DNA of 64,000 nt from Alphaproteobacteria bacterium. GTDB taxonomy: Bacteria; Pseudomonadota; Alphaproteobacteria; UBA6615. A model generated the notes under the pieces. The model was not told the origin of the DNA and ran no database searches. It saw only the letters and a list, made by a program, of their open reading frames with translations. Positions 20,031-30,813 of this stretch are shown here, in pieces. Position 1 is the stretch's first letter; each line of letters opens with the position of its first letter. The stretch spans positions 20,291-84,290 of the forward strand of contig JAYQBG010000009.1 of NCBI GenBank assembly GCA_038137215.1, in the 5' to 3' direction. The position numbers and the translations under genes are program-made.

Positions 20031-20921
20031 ATGACGGTTCAGAGCATGACCGGATTTGCGCGTACGGCGGGTCAGGATGATCGCTTTGCCTGGGTCTGGG
20101 AGGGACGGAGCGTGAACGCCAAGGGCCTGGACGTTCGTTGCCGGATTCCCGGCGGATACGAGGCGACCGAGCAGGCTGTGAAGGTGGCAGCAAAGAAGCT
20201 TTTCGCGCGCGGGAACGTGACCCTGGGCCTGTCGTTGGAGCGCCTGGATCAGGGGGCTGCGACTTACCGAGTGAATCGGGATTTGCTCGCCAAAGTCCGT
20301 GAGCTGCGGGACGAACTGGCCGGCGAGATCGTGGCGGATGCGCCGACGATCGAGGGGCTGCTTTCGATCCGCGGCATGCTGGAGATGGTCGATGACGCCG
20401 ATACCGAAGAGGCGCTGGCGGCCCGGGTTGAGGCCCTGACCGCGTCTGGTGAGGAGATGCTTGATGCTCTGGCTGCTGCACGGGGCGCTGAGGGGGCACA
20501 GCTCGACACCGTGCTCAGCAGCCAATTGGCCATGCTTTCAGATCTCGTGACGAAGGCGGCCAGCAGCACGGCAGCGCAACCCGAAGCGCTTCGGGCCCGG
20601 CTTCAGTCGATTGTCGCCGAGTTGCTCGGTACCGATCTCGGTCTGTCCGAAGAACGTCTGGCTCATGAAGCGGCACTGCTGGTGGGAAAGGCCGATATCC
20701 GCGAGGAGATCGACAGGCTTGAGGTGCATATTGCGTCGGCGCGGGAATTGCTGACCGCGGCGGGTGCGGTCGGCAGACGCCTGGACTTCCTGTGTCAGGA
20801 ACTCAATCGTGAAGCCAACACGCTGTGCTCCAAATCTGCAGATGTGGAGCTGACGCAGATTGGCCTTGAGATGAAGGCGACGATCGAACAATTCCGCGAA
20901 CAGGTACAGAATGTCGAATAG
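20031..20921 (+). CDS. yicC: YicC-family stress-induced protein
   Basis: Start at MTVQSMTGFAR with GGAGGG SD; C-terminal LDFLCQELNREANTLCSKS (DUF1732). Confidence 0.8.
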   Translation: MTVQSMTGFARTAGQDDRFAWVWEGRSVNAKGLDVRCRIPGGYEATEQAVKVAAKKLFARGNVTLGLSLERLDQGAATYRVNRDLLAKVRELRDELAGEIVADAPTIEGLLSIRGMLEMVDDADTEEALAARVEALTASGEEMLDALAAARGAEGAQLDTVLSSQLAMLSDLVTKAASSTAAQPEALRARLQSIVAELLGTDLGLSEERLAHEAALLVGKADIREEIDRLEVHIASARELLTAAGAVGRRLDFLCQELNREANTLCSKSADVELTQIGLEMKATIEQFREQVQNVE

Positions 20922-20931
20922 GGGGCTGGGA

Positions 20932-21585
20932 ATGGCTGACGGAGACAGCGGCGGACTGCACATCAAACGGCGCGGGTTGATGCTCGTCCTTTCATCGCCC
21001 TCGGGCGCCGGCAAGACCTCCATCTCGCGCGAGGTTCTCGAACGCGACGACAATTTGTCCCTCTCCATCTCCGTCACCACGCGTCCCCGGCGCCCGGGTG
21101 AAGTTGACGGAGAACATTACCGTTTTGTCGACAAGACTACCTTTGATCTGATGGTCAATCAGCAGGAGCTTCTCGAATACGCCAAGGTCTTCGACCATTA
21201 CTACGGTACGCCGCGCGGACCGGTCGATGAAGCCTTGCAGGCAGGCCAGGACGTCCTGTTCGATCTCGACTGGCAGGGAACCCAGCAACTTGATGAGCGC
21301 GCGCGCGATGACCTTGTCAGCGTGTTCATTTTGCCGCCGTCCACGGCCGAACTGGAGCGCCGGCTTCACACGCGCGCGCAAGACAGCGCCGATGTGATCG
21401 CCGGACGCATGGCCAAGGCTGCCGATGAAATCACGCATTGGTCGGAATACGACTACGTGGTCGTGAACCACACCTTTGAGGAAAGTGTGACACAGGTCCG
21501 CGCTATTCTGGAGGCTGAACGGCTCAAGCGAACGCGCCAGGAAGGTCTGTCAGACTTCGTGCGTCTCTTACGTCAGGGACAGTAG
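20932..21585 (+). CDS. gmk: guanylate kinase
   Basis: P-loop LSSPSGAGKTS, ..YYGTPRGPVDE..; start chosen at the second ATG (MADGD), after the yicC stop. Confidence 0.85.
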   Translation: MADGDSGGLHIKRRGLMLVLSSPSGAGKTSISREVLERDDNLSLSISVTTRPRRPGEVDGEHYRFVDKTTFDLMVNQQELLEYAKVFDHYYGTPRGPVDEALQAGQDVLFDLDWQGTQQLDERARDDLVSVFILPPSTAELERRLHTRAQDSADVIAGRMAKAADEITHWSEYDYVVVNHTFEESVTQVRAILEAERLKRTRQEGLSDFVRLLRQGQ

Positions 21586-21616
21586 AGAGTCTGCGGAGAA
21601 CCCGGTGCGTCCAGGG

Positions 21617-22435
21617 TCAGATCAGACGTGCGATTGCACAGAACTGATCGATCGTCAGTTCTTCTGCCCGGGCTTCTTCGGAGACGCCGGCGGCTTCAAG
21701 AAGTGCGGCACCGCCGATCGGGGCGAGTGAGCGGCGGAGCATCTTGCGACGCTGCCCGAAAGCGGCGCGGGTCACGATCTCCAGTTTCTCGCGCTGTGCG
21801 TCCGCCAGGGGGTGCGCGCGGACCTTCATGTGTACGACCGAAGAGGTCACATTGGGCGGAGGCACGAAGGCGCTCGCCGGGATGTCGAACATGATCCGCG
21901 CCTCTGTCAGCCATTGGGACAGAACGGATAGCCGTCCATAGGACTTGCCGCCCGAGGGCGCGACGATGCGCTCGGCGACCTCTTTCTGGAACATCAGCGT
22001 AAAGGCCGCGAACTGGTCGGCCTGTATCAGCCAGTTGATGAGCAACTGGGTGCCAATGTTGTAGGGCAGGTTTGAAATCACGTGCCGTGGCCCGGGCATG
22101 ATCCGGGTGAGGTCAAGCGACAGAGCGTCGCCCTCCAGGACCGTCAGGCGGCCTCCGGCATGCTGTGCCAGTTCCCGCAGGGCGTTCACGGCACGGGGGT
22201 CGCGCTCCACGGCGTAAACGTGTTCGGCTTCGCTCTCCAGCAGCGCTCGGGTCAGTCCGCCCGGTCCGGCGCCGATTTCCACAACCTGCACACCCGAAAG
22301 GTTGCCGGCCACGGAGACGACCCGCCGGGTCAGGTTCAGATCGAACAGGAAATGCTGACCGAGCGACTTTTGTGCGGCGATATCAAAGCGCCCGACGATT
22401 TCCCGGAGGGGCGGGAGCTGGTCGGCGTTAAACAC
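21617..22435 (-). CDS. rsmA: 16S rRNA (adenine1518/1519-N6)-dimethyltransferase
   Basis: LGQHFLFDLNLTRRVV, VVEIGAGPGGLTRAL; GTG start 22435 overlaps the surA terminus by 8 nt (track ORF extended to 22546). Confidence 0.8.
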   Translation of the reverse strand: MFNADQLPPLREIVGRFDIAAQKSLGQHFLFDLNLTRRVVSVAGNLSGVQVVEIGAGPGGLTRALLESEAEHVYAVERDPRAVNALRELAQHAGGRLTVLEGDALSLDLTRIMPGPRHVISNLPYNIGTQLLINWLIQADQFAAFTLMFQKEVAERIVAPSGGKSYGRLSVLSQWLTEARIMFDIPASAFVPPPNVTSSVVHMKVRAHPLADAQREKLEIVTRAAFGQRRKMLRRSLAPIGGAALLEAAGVSEEARAEELTIDQFCAIARLI

Positions 22436-23696
22436 GCAGATCGACGAAGGCCGCCCGGCGCAGATCGCGCAAATAGCGGCGTGAGAGCATGCCCACACGT
22501 TCGCGCAGCAAGGTCTGGCGGATCTCGTCGCGGTCCGGTCCGGCATTGTCCTGACGATCGCAGACCATCACCACCTGAATTCCCGAAGGTTGGCGGATTG
22601 GCGCGCTGGCCCGCCCGACAGGTACGGTGGAGGCGAGTTCGCGAAGCTCCGCGTTAAGATCATTCAGGCGGAATTCCGCCGGTTTGTTGGGCTGTGGCGT
22701 TCCGGCTTCCTCGGCTGCGGCCGCAAAGGCCGGACAACCATTCACACTGGTGGCGATCTCTCGGGCCCGGGCGAGTTGGGCATCCACCTCGGTTTGCGGG
22801 GCGTCCTCGGCCACCAGCAAAAGGAGTTGCCTGAGCCGGACAACCCGGTCGCCTTCATCGGGCGGCGCGTTAGTCCGCTGTTCGATGAGAGTGATGATGG
22901 CAATTCCGTCCGAGACGTCCAGCGGTTCGGAGATCTGGCCGACCTCCATACCGGTCAGCGCAGTGTTGATGGGACCCTCGAGTTCGCCAGGCAGAACCCA
23001 ACCGATATCGCCACCAGTGGCTGCGCTGGCACTTTTTGAAAACTGCTGGGCGACGGCTCGGAAATCTGCACCTCCGCGCAACTGCTGAACCAACCGCTCG
23101 GCGAGTGTACGAATGTCTGAAGCGTCGGCCGGATTGTCCACCGGCAGCAGGATTTCTCCGACGCGAAACTCGGTCACGCCCCGGTTTGCTTCGATGCGTG
23201 CGATCACATCGTCAATGGCCTCTTCCCCGATCTCGATCGTAGGGATGACTGTGCGGGACAGCAATTTCTGCCAGGCGATGTTGACGCGGATCTGCTGCTT
23301 GGCCGCTTCGACGGAGATTCCCTGGCGTTGCAGGAAGGACTCGAAGCCGCCGGGCGGAATATTGTTGTTCTGTTCGACCCGGCCGACTGCATCCTGAAGG
23401 TCGCGGTCGGTGACTCGAATGTTCAGGCGGTTGGCCTCCTGCTGCTGCAAGGCCTCATCGATCAGGCCGCGAAGCACCTGCGGTCCGATACGTCGCTGGG
23501 TTTCGCGAGTGTTGGGCAGACCCGAGGAGGCGATCAAAATTTGCATGCGCTGTTGCACATCAAAGATCGAGATCACCTCTTCGTTGACCACAGCGGCAAT
23601 GCGCTGAACGTCCTGTGCCTGAGCCGCTGCCGAAAAGGTCAGGACAAATGCCAGCAGAAGAGTACAGCGTTGCAACAAGCCGAGTGTGTGGGTCAC
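22428..23696 (-). CDS. surA: periplasmic chaperone / peptidyl-prolyl isomerase SurA
   Basis: 422 aa, signal peptide, SurA N-domain plus parvulin-like region; lptD-surA-ksgA context. Confidence 0.8.
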   Translation of the reverse strand: MTHTLGLLQRCTLLLAFVLTFSAAAQAQDVQRIAAVVNEEVISIFDVQQRMQILIASSGLPNTRETQRRIGPQVLRGLIDEALQQQEANRLNIRVTDRDLQDAVGRVEQNNNIPPGGFESFLQRQGISVEAAKQQIRVNIAWQKLLSRTVIPTIEIGEEAIDDVIARIEANRGVTEFRVGEILLPVDNPADASDIRTLAERLVQQLRGGADFRAVAQQFSKSASAATGGDIGWVLPGELEGPINTALTGMEVGQISEPLDVSDGIAIITLIEQRTNAPPDEGDRVVRLRQLLLLVAEDAPQTEVDAQLARAREIATSVNGCPAFAAAAEEAGTPQPNKPAEFRLNDLNAELRELASTVPVGRASAPIRQPSGIQVVMVCDRQDNAGPDRDEIRQTLLRERVGMLSRRYLRDLRRAAFVDLRV

Positions 23697-23708
23697 GTTT
23701 TCCCTTTT

Positions 23709-25850
23709 TTACAGCAGTGCCGAGGACACCTGTCCTAGGCTCTTGAAAATGAAGCGGAAGGTCAGGGATTCCGTCGGCGGAACATCGCGATCCTGCGTGA
23801 AATCCCTCCGGTATCTTAGCTCAAAGTCCATGCAGTCGCATCTATAGAAAAGCGAGGCACCATAAGAGAGGGGGCCACCGTCCGATGTCAGGTCGCGCCG
23901 CGTATCGACCCGTGCCGACCATGCTTCGGTGATCTGGGAGGTCAGCCCTGCGGTGACCTCTTCACGATCGGGGAAATCCCGGGTCTGATCGAAAAACACA
24001 TAGTTCAGGTCGAGTTTCAGGGCGCGCGGACCGGCGGTAGTCTTGATTTCCGTGCGCCGGGCGCGGAAGGAATCCTTGTCGATGCGGGTCTTGTAAAGCA
24101 GGTCGAAGAAGTTGTTTGGCGAAACCTGCACGCTGGCCACGATGTCGGATAACTGATCTTCGAGACCCGAGCCGTTGTTGAACCGGCTCGAATCCCGGAA
24201 TTGGTAGGACTGGCCCACGATCAGGGTTGTGGCTCCCCCGGAACTCCCGAAGAACCCGGTGCGCAGCCCATAGACCACCCGTTGCCCGCTATCGACGCGA
24301 TCATTGCCGGCGAACCGGTTCGCGCTGAACAAGTTGGTTTCGTCGAACTCAACGCTGAGGCTGTCTTCGTTGGGGATGGCGTCGGGATTGCTGCCATTCG
24401 GCGCGAGAACCAATGCGGTGAGGGGTTCAAGAATCTGGCTGCTTGTTCTGATCCGCCGCACCCAGGGATACCGCCATGTGACGATGGCCTGCGGGAAGAT
24501 GCGGCCATAGACACCGCTTTCCGTTTCCGTTGGCGTTGTTACGTCGTGGGTGTTGTAGAGGTCTGTCTGAAGCGATGTCCGGAAACTCGTGATCGTGCCC
24601 AGACTGTCGGTGTGGGAAATTTCCCAGCCGGGGATAACGCTGATCCGCTGGCTTGTCGCGCCCTCTTCGCGGGTCAAGGCCTGAAAATTGGCGTCCATGG
24701 TCGTTATGCCGCCGAAACTGTTCGGTTCGCTGACATAGTTGTAGTCGAACTTCGGTGCCACGATCGGAATTTCGGCCTGCTCGTCTTCCTGCTGCAGACC
24801 CTGGAAGTAATACGCTTCACCGACCGCGTAGCTTCTCGATCCGAATCCCTCGAAGTATAGGTGATTGTTGAGCGTATCAGGGCTCCGGAACCCGTATCTC
24901 TGCAGATAGGTGTCGTCGCTTACGAGTTTGACGTCCAGTCCCCAGCGCCAGAGATCGTTGATGGAAAAACGTGTCTCGGAATCGATGTGACCGCGAAACC
25001 GGCTCTGGTCGGCCAGAGCATCGTCGCGCGTGCCCGAGAGTCTTGTGTAGTGTTCGCCATCGCCAAACCGCTGCCGGTACTCGCCGGACAGGACCGGCCA
25101 GCCTTCCGTGGACAGGATCGGGTCGAAGGTCAGGTCCTTGTCCCGGTCAATGGCCCAGAAATAAGGTGTCTTCACCGACGTTCCGAGCAGGCTGGATACC
25201 CCGAAGGTCGGGGTCAGAAAGCCGGTCTTGCGTTTGACCGTGGGGTCGGGATGGCTGAGATAGGGGGTGTAGAGAACCGGCAGCCCGAGCAGTTCGAGGG
25301 TCGCATCCCGGTACACGACCTCCTGGGCCTCGGAATCGTGCATGACCCGCCGCGCCTTGACCTGCCAGAGCGGTTCCTCGTCGATCCCTGTACAATTGAC
25401 ACACGGCGAATAGGCGGCGCGGGTCAGTTCGGTTTTCACACCGCCGCGCCGTTGTGCACTGACGGCCGCCAGCCGCGAGTCATCGGTGAGCAGCATCCGG
25501 AACCCGCGCAGGAACCCCTCGCGCATGTCCTCGGTCAGTTCGGCATATTCGGCGAACAGCACTTCACCCGACGGTTCGAGCAGAACCACATTGCCCGACG
25601 CAGTCACCAGATCGTCACGTTGGTTGTAGCTAACGGCGTCCGCGTTCAGGATGCGTTCGCCCTGGACGATTTCGACATTTCCGCTGGCGGTGGCCAGTCC
25701 GAGATCCTCATCGAAGGTCAACTCGTCTGCTGTCATCAGCACCGGAATTTCGGGCTCCGATGTCTGTCCCATGGCAGGGCGGTCCATCATCCAGCCCCAC
25801 GCCGAAACGGACATGACAAACAGAACTGCCTGGCGAAGTGCGGAATTCAT
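23709..25850 (-). CDS. lptD: LPS-assembly outer-membrane protein LptD
   Basis: Start at MNSALRQAVLFVMSVSAWG (signal peptide). Its ATG shares 1 nt with the lptG stop (TGATG). The track ORF extends 156 codons upstream into lptG. beta-barrel C-terminus ..LTFRFIFKSLGQVSSALL. Confidence 0.8.
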   Translation of the reverse strand: MNSALRQAVLFVMSVSAWGWMMDRPAMGQTSEPEIPVLMTADELTFDEDLGLATASGNVEIVQGERILNADAVSYNQRDDLVTASGNVVLLEPSGEVLFAEYAELTEDMREGFLRGFRMLLTDDSRLAAVSAQRRGGVKTELTRAAYSPCVNCTGIDEEPLWQVKARRVMHDSEAQEVVYRDATLELLGLPVLYTPYLSHPDPTVKRKTGFLTPTFGVSSLLGTSVKTPYFWAIDRDKDLTFDPILSTEGWPVLSGEYRQRFGDGEHYTRLSGTRDDALADQSRFRGHIDSETRFSINDLWRWGLDVKLVSDDTYLQRYGFRSPDTLNNHLYFEGFGSRSYAVGEAYYFQGLQQEDEQAEIPIVAPKFDYNYVSEPNSFGGITTMDANFQALTREEGATSQRISVIPGWEISHTDSLGTITSFRTSLQTDLYNTHDVTTPTETESGVYGRIFPQAIVTWRYPWVRRIRTSSQILEPLTALVLAPNGSNPDAIPNEDSLSVEFDETNLFSANRFAGNDRVDSGQRVVYGLRTGFFGSSGGATTLIVGQSYQFRDSSRFNNGSGLEDQLSDIVASVQVSPNNFFDLLYKTRIDKDSFRARRTEIKTTAGPRALKLDLNYVFFDQTRDFPDREEVTAGLTSQITEAWSARVDTRRDLTSDGGPLSYGASLFYRCDCMDFELRYRRDFTQDRDVPPTESLTFRFIFKSLGQVSSALL

Positions 25851-26950
25851 CAACCGTCTTCCAGATGGAGCAACATTGTGACCCCTGCGAGAAGGCAAAA
25901 GCCGGCAGGTGTCCAGGCTGCAAGAATTACAGGCACACTGGCCCCCAGGCCAAGAGCCTGAACCACATTTGTCAGCAGGAAAAGGAAGAAGCTCGTCAGC
26001 ACGCCCGCGGCAACCAGAAGGAGTGTCCCACCGCGTCGCGTGAGCCGCAGCGAAAATATGGCCGCGATCAGGACCATGGCAGCCAGCAGGACCGGCTCGG
26101 CTAGAAGGGCATGGAACTGAAGCCGGTGAGCGACGGGGGAGAAGCCGGTTTCCTCCAGCACCCGGATAAACCGCAGCAGGTTCCAGAAGGCCACGGTTTC
26201 GGGGCTGGCGAAACTTTCCTGAATTTTGTCCGCCGTCAGGTCGGTGGGCAATTCGTGCTGCGCGGTGAAAACACCGGCGCGCGTCGGCTTGGTCAGCCAG
26301 GCATTGGAGAGTTCCCAACGGCCATCGAGCAGTCGCGCGCTTTCGGCGTCCACACGGCTGATGAACTGGTCGTCCTCGGCAAACTCGAACACGATCACAT
26401 CTTCGAGCAGCAATTCGTCGGGCTGCGCACGTGCGGCATGAACGACGGTCTGGCCCGTACCGTCGCTGCTTGTCTGACGTAACCAGAGCCCCTGCGAGGA
26501 GACCGCGAGAAGCGAAGACCGGCCGGTGAAGTATCGCCCCTCAAGCTCCTCAAACTGGGATAGCATTAGGGCCGAGAGCGGATTCAGAACGGTGACATTG
26601 AGGACGCCGATCAGGATGGCGGCGATCAGGGGCGGGGCCAGGAACTGCCAGACGGAAACGCCCGCCGCACGCACCACCACCAGTTCGTGGTTCCGGGTCA
26701 TCTTCAGGAAGGTGAAGATGCCGCCGAACATGACGGCAAACGGGATGGCTTCCTGTGCCAGGAAGGGCGCGCGCAGCAGAGCCATTCCGGTGATGATCGA
26801 AGCTGTTGCGTCCGGCTTGTTGGTGCCCCGTCGAAGAAGCTCGACGGCATCGATCAGGCCGATCACCGTGACCATGGCGACAAACATCACCAGGAACCAC
26901 AGCAGGAACTGCCGCAGGATGTATCGGGACATGGTGGGAGAGGAAAACAT
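25850..26950 (-). CDS. lptG: LPS export ABC permease LptG
   Basis: 366 aa; ..MSRYILRQFLLWFLVMF..; paired with lptF. Confidence 0.8.
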   Translation of the reverse strand: MFSSPTMSRYILRQFLLWFLVMFVAMVTVIGLIDAVELLRRGTNKPDATASIITGMALLRAPFLAQEAIPFAVMFGGIFTFLKMTRNHELVVVRAAGVSVWQFLAPPLIAAILIGVLNVTVLNPLSALMLSQFEELEGRYFTGRSSLLAVSSQGLWLRQTSSDGTGQTVVHAARAQPDELLLEDVIVFEFAEDDQFISRVDAESARLLDGRWELSNAWLTKPTRAGVFTAQHELPTDLTADKIQESFASPETVAFWNLLRFIRVLEETGFSPVAHRLQFHALLAEPVLLAAMVLIAAIFSLRLTRRGGTLLLVAAGVLTSFFLFLLTNVVQALGLGASVPVILAAWTPAGFCLLAGVTMLLHLEDG

Positions 26951-26964
26951 GCTGATCGAACCGC

Positions 26965-28080
26965 CTAACCTTCTGCCATGGCAAGGCCCGAGGGCCGCCG
27001 CACGCGGGAGCGAACGAGCACAAGCATGCCGATCAGGATGGAGAGCAGCGGCAGGGCATAGACCAGCGGGACGAGTGACAGGGACTGGCGCGACAGGTTG
27101 AACAGACCCAGCGCCATGACCTGCAGGGTAAACACGATCGCGATGGCGGCGAGAATCCGGCTGGTATTGCCGCGCCGGTCGAAATTCCCGGCGATCATCG
27201 CGGCCATGGCGACGATGGCAAAGACAAGGATATAGAGGGGCCCCGCAATACGCCGGTGGCCCTCTGCAACAAGCTGATTGGCATAGAACACATCATGCGC
27301 GCTGTCGCCCGGACGAAGCAGCGAGCCCAGGAAGCGTTCCTCCGGTTCGCGCCAGCGTGGCTGGGCCGTTTCGTTGAAGATGTTCAGGTCCAGCGAATAC
27401 TGGTCGAAATTGAAGAGTGTCAGACGGCCCGTGTCCCGGTCCACATCCTGCTGACTGCCGTTAAACAACACCACACGGGTGCCGTCTTCGTTCTGAACCG
27501 CGGTGCCGCGTTCGGCGGTGTAGGTCACGGGGCGTTCGGGGTCGCGGGAGTCATGGGCGAAGATGCCGCGCAACTCGCCTTCGCTGCTGCGTTCCCGAAT
27601 GTAGATCGTCAGACCGGGGATCGGCGTGTTGAAGCGCTGTTCCTGGAGAAGCACGCTGCCATAGGAATTGCGGTAATTGAGCTGCTTCAGTTTGAATTCG
27701 TGGATTGTCGCCGGAACAAGATAAAGCTGCAGCACATATCCGATAAAGACGGCGGCGATTCCGAGCAGCAGACCTGGTCGCGCCAGCGCAGCCGGGCTCA
27801 TCCCCGCCGCGCGCATGACCACCATCTCGCTGTCGTTCCGCAACTTGTTGTACACCACAAGGACGGCGGCAAAGACAGCAATGGGCAGCAGGATCGCGAC
27901 GAATTTCGGCAGATTGAGCGCGCTCATCTCGAACAGCACCGTAATCGGGAGCCCGCGGTTCACGATGAAGTCGATAAGGCGAAGGGAGCCGAACAGGGTC
28001 ACGAGGACGGTCAGCACGCCGATCACGAACAGGGTCGCGATGGCAAGTTGCCTGAAAATATACTTGCTGATCGACGTCAT
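26965..28080 (-). CDS. lptF: LPS export ABC permease LptF
   Basis: Start at MTSISKYIFRQLAIATLFVIGVL (28080); YjgP/YjgQ family. Confidence 0.8.
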   Translation of the reverse strand: MTSISKYIFRQLAIATLFVIGVLTVLVTLFGSLRLIDFIVNRGLPITVLFEMSALNLPKFVAILLPIAVFAAVLVVYNKLRNDSEMVVMRAAGMSPAALARPGLLLGIAAVFIGYVLQLYLVPATIHEFKLKQLNYRNSYGSVLLQEQRFNTPIPGLTIYIRERSSEGELRGIFAHDSRDPERPVTYTAERGTAVQNEDGTRVVLFNGSQQDVDRDTGRLTLFNFDQYSLDLNIFNETAQPRWREPEERFLGSLLRPGDSAHDVFYANQLVAEGHRRIAGPLYILVFAIVAMAAMIAGNFDRRGNTSRILAAIAIVFTLQVMALGLFNLSRQSLSLVPLVYALPLLSILIGMLVLVRSRVRRPSGLAMAEG

Positions 28081-28307
28081 GACCGCTCCGGTGGGAATTC
28101 GTGCGGGGAATCGTCCCTCAAGTTGCTGATTCGAAAAACAAACATGTTTGTCAGCACTGCGCGGTTGTAACAGATCGTCCGAAGCTGACAAAGCACTGCG
28201 CACGAGCCGGTGTCTGCTTGCGCGCGATTGGCTGGTACTCTAAATCTCGAAGTCCGAAAGCGGGTTCGAGAGACCTGCGGGTCCTGTCAATGACGGAAGC
28301 GAGTGCC

Positions 28308-29801
28308 ATGAAAATCAGCTTTGCCGAAACCAAACTGCCTACGTCCGGATATCTTGTCTTCCTGGTTGGCGGCAGCGGGGATCTTGCGCCATCCGCCAAG
28401 GCCGTCGACAAGGCGACCAAGGGGGCGTTGTCCCGTGCACTCGAGGCGCGCAGTTTTTCGGGGAAGAAAGGCGAAACTTTGGCGGTTCATGCGCCTCAGG
28501 GGCGTGAGAAGCTGAGCATCGTGTTGGTGGGCACCGGCGCGGCGGTGGATTTGGACGCGCTCAAGGCCCAGGAGATCGGTGCGCAGATTTACAAGGCGCT
28601 TTCCGGCCTTTCCGTGAATTCGGCGACTGTCGTGGCCGAACTGGCGCGCAGTGGACGCGTACGCGGAGCCGATCTGGCCGCCGCTCTGGCGGCCGGCGCG
28701 CGCATGCGCAGCTATCGCTACGACAAATATCTGACCAAAACCGGCTCAAAGCCCCAGGCAAAGGGACCGGGGCAGCTCAAACTGATGGTCAAGGGCGCTG
28801 CGGCGGCACGTCGTCAGTACAGCGATTTCGCACCCATTGCGGACGGTGTGGATTTTGCGCGCGATCTGGTTTCCGAACCCAGCAATGTGAAGTCTCCCAA
28901 GTGGATGGCCAGCCAGTGCCGCAAACTCACCAAGCTGGGTGTAAAGGTCGAGGTTCTGGGCGAAGCGAAGATGAAAAAGCTCGGCATGAATGCCTTGCTC
29001 GCAGTCGGTCAGGGCAGTGCGCAGGAATCCCAGTTGGTGATCATGCGCTGGGATGGCGGGTCGAAAGACGACAAGACCGTCTCGCTCATCGGCAAGGGGG
29101 TCACCTTCGACACGGGCGGAATCTCCATCAAGCCTTCAGGTGGCATGGAAGACATGATCTGGGATATGGGCGGCGCGGGTACCGTGATCGGGGCGATGCA
29201 TGCGATCGCCGGGCGCAAGGCCAAGGCTAATGTCATTGGCGTTGTCGGACTGGTCGAGAACATGCCCGATGGCAAGGCGCAGCGCCCCGGCGACATCGTG
29301 ACGTCGATGTCGGGCCAGACGATTGAGGTCATCAACACCGACGCCGAAGGCCGTCTGGTGCTGGCCGATGCCTTTACCTATACCCTCAAACGCTTCAAGC
29401 CGGACGTGATGGTGGACTTCGCAACGCTCACGGGTGCCATCATGGTGGCCCTGGGCCGCGAATATGCTGGCCTCTACGCCAATGACGACGATCTTGCCGA
29501 CAAGATCATTCAGGCGGGCAAGACCGTTGGTGAGAAAATCTGGCACATGCCGCTTGATGATGCCTATGACAAGCAGATCAACACACCGCGCGCCGACATG
29601 AAAAATGTGGGGCCGCGCTGGGGAGGCAGCATCACCGCCGCCCAGTTCCTGCAGCGTTTCACCGAGGATGTCATCTGGGCCCATATGGACATTGCCGGCG
29701 TGGCCTGGTCGGACAAGGAACTGCCCCTGATGGCCAAGGGGGCGGCCGGGTTTGCCGTCCGTGCCATGGATCAGTTCGTGCGCGACAATTACGAGAAATA
29801 G
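28308..29801 (+). CDS. pepA: leucyl aminopeptidase (M17)
   Basis: NTDAEGRLVLADA, ..VGKGVTFDTGGISIKP..; start at MKISFAE after GGAAG SD (alternative ATG 28290). Confidence 0.85.
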   Translation: MKISFAETKLPTSGYLVFLVGGSGDLAPSAKAVDKATKGALSRALEARSFSGKKGETLAVHAPQGREKLSIVLVGTGAAVDLDALKAQEIGAQIYKALSGLSVNSATVVAELARSGRVRGADLAAALAAGARMRSYRYDKYLTKTGSKPQAKGPGQLKLMVKGAAAARRQYSDFAPIADGVDFARDLVSEPSNVKSPKWMASQCRKLTKLGVKVEVLGEAKMKKLGMNALLAVGQGSAQESQLVIMRWDGGSKDDKTVSLIGKGVTFDTGGISIKPSGGMEDMIWDMGGAGTVIGAMHAIAGRKAKANVIGVVGLVENMPDGKAQRPGDIVTSMSGQTIEVINTDAEGRLVLADAFTYTLKRFKPDVMVDFATLTGAIMVALGREYAGLYANDDDLADKIIQAGKTVGEKIWHMPLDDAYDKQINTPRADMKNVGPRWGGSITAAQFLQRFTEDVIWAHMDIAGVAWSDKELPLMAKGAAGFAVRAMDQFVRDNYEK

Positions 29802-29821
29802 TGCGGGGCCCGTGAGACGTT

Positions 29822-30280
29822 GTGACCGAAATCAGGTTCTATCATCTGACGCGTAAGAGCCTCGAAGAGGTTCTGCCGGTCATGCTGGAACGTACCGTCG
29901 TACGAGATGGCCGTCGTGCCGTGGTCGTTGCCGGGACGTCCGAGCGCGTCGAGAGCCTGAACGCCTATCTCTGGACCTATGATGACCGTGTCTTCCTGCC
30001 CCATGGCAGTAAGGCCGACGGGCATCCGGCGCATCAGCCGGTGTGGCTGACGGACATGGACGAAAATCCCAATGGTGCGCGGGTGCTCTTTCTGGCCGAT
30101 GGTGCGACAAGCAAACAGGTCGATGAATTCGATCTGGTGTGCGAGTTATTTGACGGTCGAGATGAGACCGCAGTCTCGGCAGCGCGGGGACGCTGGAAGG
30201 CATACAAGGACAACGGCCATGCGTTGACCTACTGGCAGCAGACCGAGCGGGGCGGCTGGGAGCAGAAGGCCGAGGGCTAA
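29822..30280 (+). CDS. holC: DNA polymerase III subunit chi
   Basis: GTG start; 152 aa; MTEIRFYHLTRKSLEEVLPVMLER..; conserved pepA-holC linkage. Confidence 0.75.
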   Translation: MTEIRFYHLTRKSLEEVLPVMLERTVVRDGRRAVVVAGTSERVESLNAYLWTYDDRVFLPHGSKADGHPAHQPVWLTDMDENPNGARVLFLADGATSKQVDEFDLVCELFDGRDETAVSAARGRWKAYKDNGHALTYWQQTERGGWEQKAEG

Positions 30281-30358
30281 ATCGCTCCGGCGCCTTGTCG
30301 GCGGCATCCACGCTGGATATAAGGCGCGCACAATTCATCTTCCACCGGAGCAGATTCC

Positions 30359-30781
30359 ATGGCGACCGAGCGCACTTTCTCGATTATCAAACCCGACGCA
30401 ACCAAGCGGAACATCACCGGCAAGATCATTGCCAAGCTTGAGGATGCCGGCCTTCGTGTCGTTGCACAGCGTCGCATTCAGCTGACGAAGGAACAGGCCG
30501 AGAGTTTCTACGGTGTGCATCGCGAGCGGCCGTTCTTCAACGACCTCGTCGCCTTCATGACCTCTGGCCCGGTCGTGGTTCAGGTGCTGGAAGGTGAGAA
30601 CGCCGTCGCGCGCAATCGCGAAGTCATGGGTGCGACGAACCCGGCGGAGGCCGATGAAGGCACGATCCGCAAGGAGTTTGCCGAATCCATCGAGGCGAAT
30701 TCCGTGCACGGTTCCGACGCGCCGGAAACCGCCGCGGAGGAAATTGCATTCTTCTTCAAAGAGGATGAAATCGTCGGCTGA
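30359..30781 (+). CDS. ndk: nucleoside diphosphate kinase
   Basis: 140 aa; [16 protein letters not shown] (active His). Confidence 0.95.
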   Translation: MATERTFSIIKPDATKRNITGKIIAKLEDAGLRVVAQRRIQLTKEQAESFYGVHRERPFFNDLVAFMTSGPVVVQVLEGENAVARNREVMGATNPAEADEGTIRKEFAESIEANSVHGSDAPETAAEEIAFFFKEDEIVG

Positions 30782-30813
30782 TGCCACGATTTTCGTGTGG
30801 TGGGCGCGTCAGA

